DNA of 63,996 bases, counting the filler, from Octopus bimaculoides (lineage: Eukaryota), in NCBI RefSeq assembly GCF_001194135.2. It is 8 parts of 7 records of this genome, joined end to end, with 100 filler letters (N's around TTAATTAATTAA, not from the genome) between each part and the next. Parts side by side here need not be neighbours in the genome. Positions count along the whole stretch, not along the records: positions 40,119 to 63,996 come from NC_068987.1; 7 more parts are not named here. One strand, 5' to 3'. The translations under genes and the position numbers were made by a program. The notes below the pieces were generated by a model. The model was not told the origin of the DNA, did not search any database, and saw only the letters and a list, made by a program, of their open reading frames with translations. Below are positions 51,215-63,996 of the stretch, in pieces; positions within the stretch are counted from its first letter, which is position 1, and each line of letters begins with the position of its first letter.

Positions 51215-53095
51215 TATAAAGGACTTCTTGCCTTGAAACACTTTCTGGACCTTCGACCCAATCTCCAACCTGACACCTCCACATTTCTTTGTCTGGTCGA
51301 ACTTGTTCTCTCCCTCAACTGGCTCTCGTTCGCGGGAGATTTTTACCAACATTTCTCGGGAGTGGCCATGGGAACGAGAATGGGTCCCAACTATGCGAAC
51401 CTATTTGTTGGCTACGTTGGGGCCCTAATATTCTCACGAATCACTCCTCCCACTCCCGAACTATACGGTCCTTATATCGATGACTGAATCAGTGTGACCT
51501 CACTCTCATGCGTACAACTAGACTCCTTCCTCTCTTTTATCCAATCCTATCCTGCCTTCGAATTCTCCTACACTATTTTTAACTCTTCCGTCGCATTTCT
51601 CGATATTTCTGTCAGTATACACCACTCCGCTCTTACTACCTCAATCCACAACAAACACATCAAATCACACTCCTCCCACCCTACTCACACCAAGCTCTCC
51701 AAATTCCTCCGTCTGCGCAGGCTTTGCAAGGACAACCATAACTTTGAGACTTAGTCCCAGTTCATGGCTCGCCACTTCATCCTTCGTGGAAATCCCCTCG
51801 TCACTATCCACACTGCCCTTGCCAGAGCACGTTCCATGGACCATGCTTCTACCCTTTCTCTCTGCACCCGCCTCGCCGTTGCCTGTTTCCCGTTTCCCCT
51901 CGCCTGCCACTCCACCTTCCAACCATCCAACGCACCATTCTCCGAGCCTTCCAGCGACTCCAGTCCGACCCCTCCACCTCACATATCTTCTCCAGCCTAC
52001 CCCTTCCCACCTTTAAACGAGCCCATAACTTGCGTGACCTCCTGGTCCACAGTCTCTTCCCTAACTCCACCGCCCAGCCTGGCTTGTTCCCCTGCTCCCG
52101 CCCACACTGCCGTACTTACCCCTACCTCCCCGATACCACTATCCTCACAGGCACTCATCATCGTCCTTATCACATCACCAACCGACTCCTTTGCCCTTCC
52201 AGTGACGTCATTTACTGCCTCTCCTGCTTTTTCTGCCCTTCCTTGTACATCGGTCAAAGGGGTCGTTGCTTTGCTGACTGGTACGCGGAGCACCTCCGAA
52301 AAATCAGACTGAACAATTCCACCTTGGTCTCGCGCTATTTACACTCTACCAGTAATTCACTACAACGTCTATCTAAGTTCGGACTGTCTTTGCACAGGGA
52401 CCACCAGGACTACTGCCATCGCTGTGAACAGGAATTAATCTTCTCTCTTCTCCTTTGGAAAAAATAAGCTCAACGCCCCTCCTCTCTTCATCTGATACTC
52501 CCCTCTTCTCATCTGACTCGCCTCTTCTCTTCATCTGACACCTACTTCCTCTCTTCCCTCCTACCCACTTCCTCTCTTCATTGATACCACTCCACCCACA
52601 CTACCCCCACATCCACACGACCTTACTCCACACACTACCCCATACCTCCACCCCACACCATCACCCCATATCACTCCACACACACTAGTACTGACCACTT
52701 CCCAGCACCCACACCACTCACCCACACAAATCTTCTATAGCGTCACCGCACATACCACTATACGAGCAGCCACACGTTACAAATGCACATACACACGCAC
52801 ACACCACACACGTCAAAGTCACTAACCCCTATTCACACCCACACTTACACATTCACACACACCATTCTCACAATGCACGCGCACCTTCATTTGGCGTCAC
52901 CAGCACTTTATTATCTCCCTTTCTTCCAACTTCTTCTTTCAAACTTTTTTTTTTATCATTCACTATGCTTGACCGCTAAATCTACAGGTTTTTTTCATTC
53001 TCTCTCTTAATTTTCTCTTATTACTTTCTGTCGAAGAGTGTAGGCTCGAAACGTAAAACAAATACACCTGCTTGTTGTTCATACACCTGTCTTCG
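51215..53095 (+). mobile_element. Penelope-like element, RT, GIY-YIG and pyrimidine-rich 3' repeat
   Basis: GVAMGTRMGPNYANLFVG, YIDD, FLDISV, HPTHT; CSRPHCRT..VIYCLSCFFCPSLYIGQ; multiple frameshifts. Confidence 0.92.
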
Positions 53096-53328
53096 TTTTT
53101 GTTTTTCTATAAATTTCAACTATATTTATATAAANNNNNNNNNNNNNNNNNNNNNNNNNNNNNNNNNNNNNNNNNNNNNNNNNNNNNNNNNNNNNNNNNN
53201 NNNNNNNNNNNNNNNNNNNNNNNNNNNNNNNNNNNNNNNNNNNNNNNNNNNNNNNNNNNNNNNNNNNNNNNNNNNNNNNNNNNNNNNNNNNNNNNNNNNN
53301 NNNNNNNNNNNNGTTAAAGAAGTGATTT

Positions 53329-53501
53329 TAAATTCTCAAACGCAGGATAATGCTAATAATATAGCCTGGACAGGATAAACTACCCCTATTTTGCAGAAAA
53401 AAGTGTGGGCGGCCAGCTCGCCTACACTTTTTTCTGCAAAATAGGGGTAGCTTATCCTGTTCAGGCTATATTATTAGCATTATCCTGCGTTTGAGAATTT
53501 A
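53329..53501. repeat. Near-perfect 173-bp palindrome (83-bp arms, 7-nt loop)
   Basis: Arms 53329-53411 and 53419-53501 differ at only 3 positions; both termini are TA. Confidence 0.95.
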
Positions 53502-53749
53502 TATATATATATAATTTTTTTTTATCTAGGTCGTAATCTTTCAATGCTTTATAAATGCACGTTTATTTAACATAATTTTAGTACTGTGAAGCTCCCAAAT
53601 TTATTAAGTTTTGTTTACATAAAGATTGGATCACAATTTAAGTTACAAAGGAACAAAGAAAAAGAAAAAAAAGAGAGGGGATTAAGCAGCAGGAAATGGT
53701 GGTTGGGAGGAACTACACATCAGAACAAATGGCTTATTCAACCACGCCC

Positions 53750-54222
53750 AACGGGACATGACCGCGATGGCGTTGCCGCAGAGAATTGCCAACGTCACTC
53801 GCTGTAGCAGTCACTCCACCTAGCAGGCTTCATTTTTCAGATGTGCTGCAGTTATCCTGATTTTGCGGACGAAATCGGCAGTACGAGGTCCCAGAACACC
53901 CGAGATCATGACGGCGACCTGCACAAACTGACAACGGCCAGCCAGGCTCCTATACTAATTTATTTTTCATCCCTCTGCGTTACGGGTAGCGACACCCAGG
54001 TTTGGAGCCGTAGAACGTGTCGCTGCACGTCGTGCCCCTGTTTAGGGATCTGCCTCTCTCGTATGAGAAGCGGGTTACTCTGTCCGGGCGCTTACCGTCC
54101 CCGCATTCGCGACCTTCTGGTTCCTGTTGTGACGAGAAGCTAACCGGGTCGAGGGCCTTTTCTAATTATGATATTCAGAGCAACATACCGGGAGGAATGG
54201 GCCAGCGCTATGGCTACAGAAT
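53750..54222 (-). mobile_element. CRE-clade non-LTR retrotransposon, RLE endonuclease fragment
   Basis: RYVALNIIIRK; EPEGRECGDGKRPDRVT..ERGRSL..TCSDTF; AEG*KIN*YRSL..FVQVAV..SGVLGP..LLQRVTLAILCGNA resemble CRE RHAALNDII, DGKRPDG, WDATC.DT and QRLS.A.QRGNA. Confidence 0.8.
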
Positions 54223-55039
54223 NNNNNNNNNNNNNNNNNNNNNNNNNNNNNNNNNNNNNNNNNNNNNNNNNNNNNNNNNNNNNNNNNNNNNNNNNNNNNN
54301 NNNNNNNNNNNNNNNNNNNNNNNNNNNNCACCACCACCACCACCGTCGTCGTCGCCGTCGCCTCCACCGCTGTCACCGCCATCATCATCACCACCCTTAT
54401 CACCAAATCACCGCAACCTTTCTACAATCAGCTACAGTAGATGATTAACCAAGGAACAATGAATATGTAACAAATATGATATATCATGTTCACAATAGTC
54501 TACAATGCAGTCAGTAGAACGACAGTGCGTGGTATTTACTTGACGTCATAACACCTCCAAACTCATTGATTATTTTGATCATCAAGTTTCTTGAAATTTG
54601 CTACGTTTCATGCGGTATTCAGTCACAATACACACATATATGTACATTTATATACGTACATACATATACATAATACATATATATGTGTGTATGTCTGCGT
54701 TTGTATGTGTGTGTGTTTGTGTACGCGTGTGCGCGTTTACGAAGTTAGTGTTCCATTCTTTTGCTTCTTTATCACTCGATATGACTCTCCAGGTGACAAC
54801 AAAAGTAGATATGTAATCTGTATCTATCTATTCAAGCGTTATATACGAACCGAGAACTGGAGTAACACTCTCTCCGCCACTCTCTTAAAACGTTACAGTA
54901 CCCTCAAAAATGGTATATATAAAGGACCTGAATACGGAAACCAAAAATGTAATGAAAAGAAAGAAACGGAAATCTATCTTCAATAAAAGCTGTGTCAATA
55001 CATCTCGGATAACAGATTCGGCATTAAAACAAACGAACT

Positions 55040-56480
55040 TCCTGCCCATCTACAAATTACAGACCTTGAAAATCCCAAGGGCGGCCTGAATAACCTAATT
55101 AAAAACTGAGATACAGAAATCAACTAATAGCTTACAAAAATTCCCAGACGGCCAAATTCGAAAATGATCTTTCATTAATACCAAACAGATACGTATGCTT
55201 GTTGACAAAGAAAAAGTGATAACTTATATGAGTGAGACAACACAATAGATAGAAAACTACCATCAGGTAATATTAGAGAAAACATACAAATGTCACCAAT
55301 ATTTAACACATAATAAACAACAAAGCTTTCGCTTCGTTGTATATCACATAGATATAAGATAATTAAATATGAAATTTAATACGGAATTCTGTTTAAAATG
55401 CCTCTCCTCCTATGAATCACACATTACATGAAAATTCTTCCTATTCAATCTGAAGTGCAAACTAATAAACTGTGCCAAGAAAATGTGTTTATAAACAGCA
55501 AACATAACTTCAGTTAAGCAAACTTCTTACTTAGAACATATGAATTTATCACAATGGAACTGAGGTAGCTTAGTAGTCATGCGATTCAAAAGAACTGTGA
55601 ATAAAATCAGCTGTATTTCCATCCAATTTGACATAGTTGAATTTTACTCGTCGATTTCGAAAATACCTCTCATAAAAAGTATTGTATTCGAAGAAAACCT
55701 TCACCTACATTACCGATAACAACATGAGCTTAATTAAAAATGCAAGGAAGTAGCTCATATTTTACTAATTAAGGGGAGCTTGAATAGTGCAGAATCTCTG
55801 AGCTAGACGATATACACACCCTAGAATCATTGAAATAACACTGACATAGAATGTTTTAACCATCTCCCACAATTTGGATGATCAAAATATAAATTCAGAA
55901 TTCCATTAATTAATTAACATATCCAAAGAATTTAAGCCAAAAGTCATGACTATTAAGCCTAAACGTTGTCAGTTTCCTAGACATTACAATAAACTTTAAA
56001 ACAATCGAATAATATCCCTGTAACAGACCAAATTTAGAAATTGCAAATGTAAACTTCGCGCACATAAAAATGCCTTTGTAACCAATACAAGGAAAAAAAA
56101 ACAACAGAATCTTTCTTTTGACAGGGGAATGCTTAACAAAGCCTTTCCTATTACAACGCTGCATTTTTCAACGAAGCCTTCTCCCTCAGAACCCTGCATC
56201 ACCAAGACGTGGGTTTTAATAAAGAACTAAAGAACTGAGGTACGTAAATGAACTAGTCGATTCTAAAAAAGGAAAAAATAAGCAAACACACCCTGGAACA
56301 AGCTACCGGCACAAATCCCGATACAGTATGAATGCAACTTTAAGTATCCCGAGTGCGCTAAAACAAAAACAATTAACTTTTAATTAAAAACAGCATACAA
56401 ACCTGCTACGTTTGATAAAAAAAATATACGCTCCCAAATTCGGTTCCATAGTCAGTACTTTAGGGGGTCAAAGAATTACC
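55040..56480 (+). mobile_element. Highly decayed Penelope-like RT
   Basis: IQFDIVEFYSSIS and LNVVSFLDITIN..YPCNRPN motifs, same PLE group as the 32015 element; many stops. Confidence 0.7.
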
Positions 56481-57077
56481 NNNNNNNNNNNNNNNNNNNN
56501 NNNNNNNNNNNNNNNNNNNNNNNNNNNNNNNNNNNNNNNNNNNNNNNNNNNNNNNNNNNNNNNNNNNNNNNNNNNNNNNNNNNNNNNNNNNNNNNNNNNN
56601 NNNNNNNNNNNNNNNNNNNNNNNNNNNNNNNNNNNNNNNNNNNNNNNNNNNNNNNNNNNNNNNNNNNNNNNNNNNNNNNNNNNNNNNNNNNNNNNNNNNN
56701 NNNNNNNNNNNNNNNNNNNNNNNNNNNNNNNNNNNNNNNNNNNNNNNNNNNNNNNNNNNNNNNNNNNNNNNNGAAGGTTTACCCGTGTTTAAAACTCTTC
56801 CTAAAGAATATCGGTTCAGTAATATTATCTATGTTTTTGTTTGTTCTGACTTCAAATTCCGCCGAGGTAGACTTTACCTTTCATCCTTTCGGGGTCGATA
56901 AATTAAGTACCAGTTGCGTACTGGGGTCGACTAATTGACTGGCCCCATCATCCAAAATTTCGTACCTTGTGCCTAGAGTAGAAAAGACTATTATCTACAT
57001 TTTACATAAAGATTTGCATATGTGTTTCGTTCATGTGCTTATTGTTTCGTTCATCTATAACACGTTTGTAAACAACC

Positions 57078-57485
57078 ATGGCGTCGAAAGCAAACCGTGA
57101 CCAGATTGTAGCTTTGAAAACAAACAACTGCAGTGAGCACCAAGGACATAACAAAACAATTGAATGTGTGCCGTAAAATAGTGTTCAATATCTGTAAACG
57201 ATATTTGAAGTCCGCTACTACCTCTAGCAAGCCAATTCCTGGAAGAGAACGATCAATTCGAACCAAACAAACTGTTGAAGCTGTGAAGAAGCGAATGAAC
57301 CGAAATCCCCTCCGGAGTACAAGAAAAAACTGCAAAAACCCTTGATATTTCGAAATCGTGAATGCACAGGATTTTTAAAGAAGATTTAAAGCTAACTGCA
57401 TGAAAGAAACAATCCCGGCGTTTAATTTCAGCAGCTTCCCAGAAGAAATGGCTCGATGGGGGCAAAGCCCTGTTAGAAATTCTAC
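57078..57485 (+). pseudogene. Tc1/mariner (maT-like) transposase N-terminal DNA-binding region
   Basis: HTH-like region then GRERSIRTKQTVEAVKKRMNRNPLRSTRK..HRIFKEDLKL; frameshifts; catalytic domain absent. Confidence 0.7.
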
Positions 57486-57702
57486 CTTATTTTTTGATAA
57501 TATTCTCTACTGATCTCCGACTCCATTTGCGATTCTCACCATTCTTTGTATGTTATCCTTTAGATTACTTTATATTTTTGCATCTTTATATCTTTATAGC
57601 ACCCATTTTTGTAATGATGAATATCATTTACACCAGCTAATCTTTATTCAAATACATCTTAAATTATTTAACTTACCAGAGGTGCTATTGCTGCTGCTGC
57701 AG

Positions 57703-57777
<75 letters not shown>

Positions 57778-59548
57778 TCATAAATCTTAGCTCAGTACTT
57801 CTGGATGTAAGAAGCGTACATTGTTTATATGTTCNNNNNNNNNNNNNNNNNNNNNNNNNNNNNNNNNNNNNNNNNNNNNNNNNNNNNNNNNNNNNNNNNN
57901 NNNNNNNNNNNNNNNNNNNNNNNNNNNNNNNNNNNNNNNNNNNNNNNNNNNNNNNNNNNNNNNNNNNNNNNNNNNNNNNNNNNNNNNNNNNNNNNNNNNN
58001 NNNNNNNNNNNNNNNNNNNNNNNNNNNNNNNNNNNNNNNNNNNNNNNNNNNNNNNNNNNNNNNNNNNNNNNNNNNNNNNNNNNNNNNNNNNNNNNNNNNN
58101 NNNNNNNNNNNNNNNNNNNNNNNNNNNNNNNNNNNNNNNNNNNNNNNNNNNNNNNNNNNNNNNNNNNNNNNNNNNNNNNNNNNNNNNNNNNNNNNNNNNN
58201 NNNNNNNNNNNNNNNNNNNNNNNNNNNNNNNNNNNNNNNNNNNNNNNNNNNNNNNNNNNNNNNNNNNNNNNNNNNNNNNNNNNNNNNNNNNNNNNNNNNN
58301 NNNNNNNNNNNNNNNNNNNNNNNNNNNNNNNNNNNNNNNNNNNNNNNNNNNNNNNNNNNNNNNNNNNNNNNNNNNNNNNNNNNNNNNNNNNNNNNNNNNN
58401 NNNNNNNNNNNNNNNNNNNNNNNNNNNNNNNNNNNNNNNNNNNNNNNNNNNNNNNNNNNNNNNNNNNNNNNNNNNNNNNNNNNNNNNNNNNNNNNNNNNN
58501 NNNNNNNNNNNNNNNNNNNNNNNNNNNNNNNNNNNNNNNNNNNNNNNNNNNNNNNNNNNNNNNNNNNNNNNNNNNNNNNTATATATATATATATATATAT
58601 ATATAATCATATGTGTGCGCGCGTGTGTATGTGTGTGCCAGTATGCATCTATTGCATGAACAAACATAGATGTAAATATATGATTGCCTGCTGAGAGATG
58701 CATATATAACTTGCCTGAGACGGTTGCCTTTTCTCGCATACAATATTTTCATCAAAACACCAACGTATAATTACTTTACGGTGCATGATTGAAGTTAAGA
58801 GAGGGCCGGAGGGATAAATAATAAATTGCTAAGATTTGATGCAGGAGGTTTCAAGGATCTAGTTTGAATAACTGATACTAATATCTATCTATCTGTATTA
58901 CGTCGTAAGAATTTATGGCATTTCGGAAGAACGAGAAAACTTTATTTTTTTTGGGACGTGCATTAAACTATAAATAATGGATTCAGATTTTGGCACAAGG
59001 TCTGCAATTTCAATGGAGTGGTTAAGTCCATTATATCGACCCCTAATCAGCTGGTACTTATTTTATTGACCCCGAAATGATTAAAGGCAAAGTAGACCTC
59101 AGTGTAATTTGAACTCAGAACGCAAAGATAGAAGAAATGCCGACAAGAATTTTGTCCGGCGTGGACAACGTTTCTGCCATCTCACCCCTTTTGTTAAGAT
59201 ATAAATAATAGCATGTAAATATTGGACGGAAGAACTTTCTTGGAGGAACAATATCGAAAGCTACGCGTGGATTCGAACCCACATATCATGTCGACATATC
59301 CTGTAGTCGTTCTACAATTAGATCAAAGCAATCCTTTGAATTTCTCTATCCATTTTAGAGACATTTTATCTTACCAGCGTGAATTGTATGCTATGTTGTT
59401 GACGTCAAAAGAATTTATAAGCTTTCGAGAGAACATGAAATAAATTCTCTTGTGGAGCAGTGGTTCTCGAAGCACAATTGGCTATAGAGAATACATATGC
59501 GCGCGTGCGTATGCGTGTGCATGTGCATACGTGCGTATGTGTGTGTTG

Positions 59549-59581
<33 letters not shown>

Positions 59582-59945
59582 TATATTTTTTAAATATATA
59601 TTTAAAAGAAAATGTGTAAATAACTATTTTGTTCTTGGGTTAGATACAGAAAGAAAGGGACCACCCATAGTTTTCGTTAGTCATTGTGAGACTTTTGGAG
59701 TTTAAAAGAGGAAAATATTGATGTCCTCTGATCGGAGACTTGATCTGAATGTTTTCAACGTAGCGTATTCCAATAAAGTCTTTTAAAGTTCTAGTTGGGT
59801 TATTAAACCGAATTTAGGTCGTGTGTGTGTGTGTGTGTGTGTGTTCATTTAATTTATTAAGCTTCATTTTTGTTCCATTATAACTATAACACAGAATTTC
59901 ACACATGGTAGTAGTCTTTAGGGTCCTGGGCCATATCAAGGAAAG

Positions 59946-60165
59946 GGCGGTGAGCTGGCAGAATCGTTAGCATACCAGGCGAAATGCTTAGCGGTATTTC
60001 GTCTGCCGTTAGGTTCTGAGTTCAAATTCCGCCGAGGTCAACTTTGCCTTTCATCCTTTCGGGGTCGATTAAATAAGTACCAGTTACGCACTGGGGTCGA
60101 TGTAATCCACTTACTCCCTTTGTTTATCTCCTCTATGTTTAGCCCCTTGTGGGCAATAAAGATAT
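59946..60165 (+). mobile_element. Full-length SINE family A
   Basis: A-box-like TGGCAGAATCGTT, B box GAGTTCAAATTCC, intact central domain; further copies near 1870, 12150, 15650, 15910, 24215, 25575, 27995, 56845 and 58985. Confidence 0.9.
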
Positions 60166-61352
60166 ATATGTATATATATATTACCTTTTACGTGCAGGCC
60201 ATTTTGGAGCACTACCTTGGAAACTTTTAGTCGAATGAATCGACCCCAGTACTTATTTTTTTTAAAGTTTGATTCTTATTCTATCAGTTCTTTTGCCGAA
60301 CCATTAAGTTACGCGGACGAAAACTCACCAATACTGGTTGTCAAGTAATGGTGAGCGACAAAGACACACACACAAGCACTAACACACAGACACAGACACA
60401 CACACAGGCATTAACACAGACAGACATAGACACAGTCACACACACACACATACACATAGACACACACACACATAGACACGCATACACAAATATATATGAA
60501 TATATACATACAACTGGTTTCTTTCAGTTTCCTTGTACCAAATCCACCCACAAGTCTTTGGTCAGCCTGAGCTACGCAATGACACTGAACCCGGAATCCA
60601 CACAGATCATACACACACACACACACATACACACACACACACACACATCGTGTGAATTTATTAATGCTGCTTACAGTAGTATATCTTGTTTTTAATACCG
60701 GCAGATCTGTATTTATATACTTTTAGTTGACCAGTTGAATTACATAGTTTTGCTTTAATACGTCAAGTATAACTTATTCTCATAGTGACATTTAAACATA
60801 ATCTACGTTTTTATATTTAGCGTGTCGGATTTCTGGGATATGATGTAGTCGTTAGTGCTAATACTGTTTAGCTGTTTCACTCACTGTGTAACGAAAGATA
60901 TTTAAGCTGTGAATACTCTGCATGCTATACACCACTATTGCAGTACATGCTATATGATCATATCAGACTACATTAGTATATCATACTTGTTTGTAAATAA
61001 TAGAAGCTAAATGTCTTTCACGTCAACACAGTAAGATGTTATAAAAAGGACACAATGGGTATTATAATTCCAAATACACTACGGCTTACTTGAGGTAATA
61101 TGGTCAGTGTTGGAACATTTCTGATAATAGGTATACTCAAATAGAGCTTGCTTGGGTCTAAACAACAATAAGAACAGCAAAAATCATCATAGAAACGTAA
61201 ATCAAACCCGTATCTTAGCAACAAGTCAGTATATAACTCCAATTTATAACTCCGAAATGCAAGTATAAATGTTTATTTAAAATATAGTTATCTTTCGAAT
61301 AAAGGCAGAGAAGCCAGCTGGATTATTCGTCTTGTTGTTGTTGTTGTTGTTG

Positions 61353-61420
<68 letters not shown>

Positions 61421-61791
61421 GTTGTTGTTATTGTTATTATTGCGCAAATTAGAACAGTTTAAGAGAATGAATTCAACATAAGTAACAAGCGTCTAAGCGA
61501 ACATTCTTCTACTTTGGAGAAAAAAAAAATTAAATAACAACCAAAAACATCAAGGCGTATGTTATGTTTTCTTTTTGTTTTGTGTGTTTCTATCTTTATT
61601 AGATTTCAGCCTAAAATTTATTGAAATGATTGAAAATTGTTACTTTAATGCAAATATGCTCAACGAATGTGTTCATGAGTTTGGCTAAATATGTAAATTG
61701 TATTGCACATAATGTACTAGGCGGCGTTGAAGTACTTTTTTTTAGCTTGGTAGAATTGTGCATTGTTGCATGTGTGTGTATGAGTAGTGTG

Positions 61792-61845
<54 letters not shown>

Positions 61846-63350
61846 NNNNNNNNNNACATACACATATGTATAGGTGTGTGTGTGTGTGTATGTGTGTGTG
61901 TGGTGTGTGCATCATGATTGAGATAATGGTGGATAGATTTGTACGCAGGATTTAAACAATGCAAAATACCGGAATCAAATTCGAATAAATATGTCTTTCA
62001 TACGATCTCACCTCATTAACTATACATTCTTTCGATGACACATTTCGTCGATCACTTTTGTCTTTTCTTTTTTCTCTTTTGAGGTTTCGATTTCTCTCTC
62101 TCCCTCCATTCACGCACTCACACACGCGCACGCAACATACAAATATGCAATACACACAAATGGAAACACACACACATACACACAGGAAATAATACAGATG
62201 CATGCACAAACGCTTGCTCATCTACACACGTAGAAACTCACACACATACACGCAACAGATCTACATACACAAGCGTGGAAATACATACACACACACACAC
62301 AGACACACACACACACGCGCGCGCATACAACTCATGGGTACACACATAGAAACAGACATACCGCGCGCGCATACACACACTCACTTTTTCTCTCACTTTC
62401 TCTATTGTTTGGTTTGTGCACTAATATGCTTATATACATACACCACCGTATCTTTCTGAAATATTCCTTGAAAGCTGTTTCATACATGTATGCTATTGGC
62501 ATATGCATGAAAGCGTGATTTAGAATTTCATTTAGCAAGCGAGTAGTTCTTGGTTCGATACCAAGGTACAACACTACGGCCAAGTGTCTTCTACTTTTTA
62601 AGCAGTAGGTCCATAACGCTGCTCAATTTAACAACACGGTCTGAATCTTTTGGATGATAGAAACATTACGTCACTATCTGGCCCATGTCTGCTTTTCACG
62701 GAGGTCACAATTTGAGTATTAGCACCAGACTTCTACAAGTAGTTTATCTTGACCTCATATCAGGCCGACACCCTCAGCTCTTCCCTAGATGCCAAAAACT
62801 AAAACTAAATGTTCTGGATAACTCTGTCTCCTAACATCTGTGGCGCCCAATACAGTTGCAGTCCTACACACCATATACTATTTAAATCCCTGAAACCCAG
62901 GTGATAATTATTATAACGTAGATAATCACTTCTAGATAAATCTAAATCATGGCGGTGTAGGAAGTTTCAATTTAAAATTTACAACTAAAAAAGTGATGCA
63001 CAGAGTATATATATCTAACAATTTCTTCAGCTATCCTAAATATCTTTTAGTCATTGATACCCATCTATTGCATCATTTCATCCATATTTGAAATTATCAG
63101 CATGCCATAACCCTAGGCAAATATATTAATCGTTTAATTAGTAACGAACCTTTTCTGATACAGAATCGTCATGTATTTTCTCCCAAGAACTTGCACATAG
63201 CAAAATATAGTACAGGTATAAAGACATAAAATATATAACAATTTGGTTTATGCAAGCTTATATTTTAACTAGATTTGAATATATACGATTCAAACGTATT
63301 CAATAAGAGAGTTAAAATATTTTAGTTAACTCAAGGGTTATCATAGTGTC

Positions 63351-63398
<48 letters not shown>

Positions 63399-63524
63399 AG
63401 TGTGTGTGTATACATATACATACATACACAAACACACACATATACATACAAACATAATATATATGTATATAAAGATACGTACAACTGCGCATGTGTATGC
63501 ACGCACACTCACACACACGCGTTT

Positions 63525-63578
<54 letters not shown>

Positions 63579-63734
63579 GCACACATGTCCTGTACACGGT
63601 ATTAATCAGATTATCGAATGTTGTTGTGCACCACTGGTCACAATGCCCTTTCTAGTAGTGTTCTAGTTTTCGAATGATGCCATTCCGCTGGCTAGGTAGA
63701 CAGGCCAACTGTTCCCCTAAAGAGAATGGCCGTC

Positions 63735-63860
63735 TCTTTACAGCTGAGGGAATGAGGCGTGAAATGAAATATTTTACGCAAGAACACGACATCCCACCTG
63801 TCTGGGAATCGAGACCACAATTTTGCGATTGTGAGTGCAAAGCCTAACCTCTTGACCATA
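63735..63860 (-). mobile_element. Old tRNA-derived SINE head
   Basis: Reverse complement GGTCAAGAGGTTAGGCTTTGCACTCACAATCGC..TCTCGATTCCCAGAC. Confidence 0.5.
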
Positions 63861-63922
63861 CATCTTCACATGTATGTATATATGTATGTACATATGTACG
63901 TATGTATGCCTGTATGTATGTG

Positions 63923-63996
<74 letters not shown>

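Noticed and set aside
7721-58755. Long ORFs of 200-380 aa in the ORF track
   Set aside because: Almost entirely X from N gaps plus VC/HT/YI/RE dipeptides from dinucleotide repeats.

Overview
AT-rich animal genomic DNA, very probably octopus. This is an inference from the SINE/RTE families and the extreme (TA)n/(CA)n/trinucleotide microsatellite load. About 7 kb is N gaps. No intact protein-coding gene is recognisable, and nearly all long ORFs in the track are gap or microsatellite artefacts. The window is a dense graveyard of mobile-element remnants. It holds three tRNA-derived SINE families, RTE, R4/Dong-like and CRE-like LINE pieces, five Penelope-like element (PLE) coding fragments, a DD34D mariner, Tc1 and maT-like pieces, a hAT (ZMYM1/DUF4371-like) transposase, a Sola-like transposase and several MITE or foldback elements. 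The most interesting signal is a set of hammerhead-ribozyme (HHR) motifs in PLE terminal repeats. One has a fully intact core (3674-3802, minus), and two carry unusually long 85-100 nt helix II inserts. Other notable signals are a 436-bp element bounded by inverted HHR-bearing ends, a near-perfect 83-bp hairpin, a triple target-site duplication, a templated inverted insertion at a LINE 5' junction, and a speculative chain of phase-compatible minus-strand exons including a 13-nt microexon. Family names come from remembered motifs, not database searches. Coordinates of degenerate elements are approximate.
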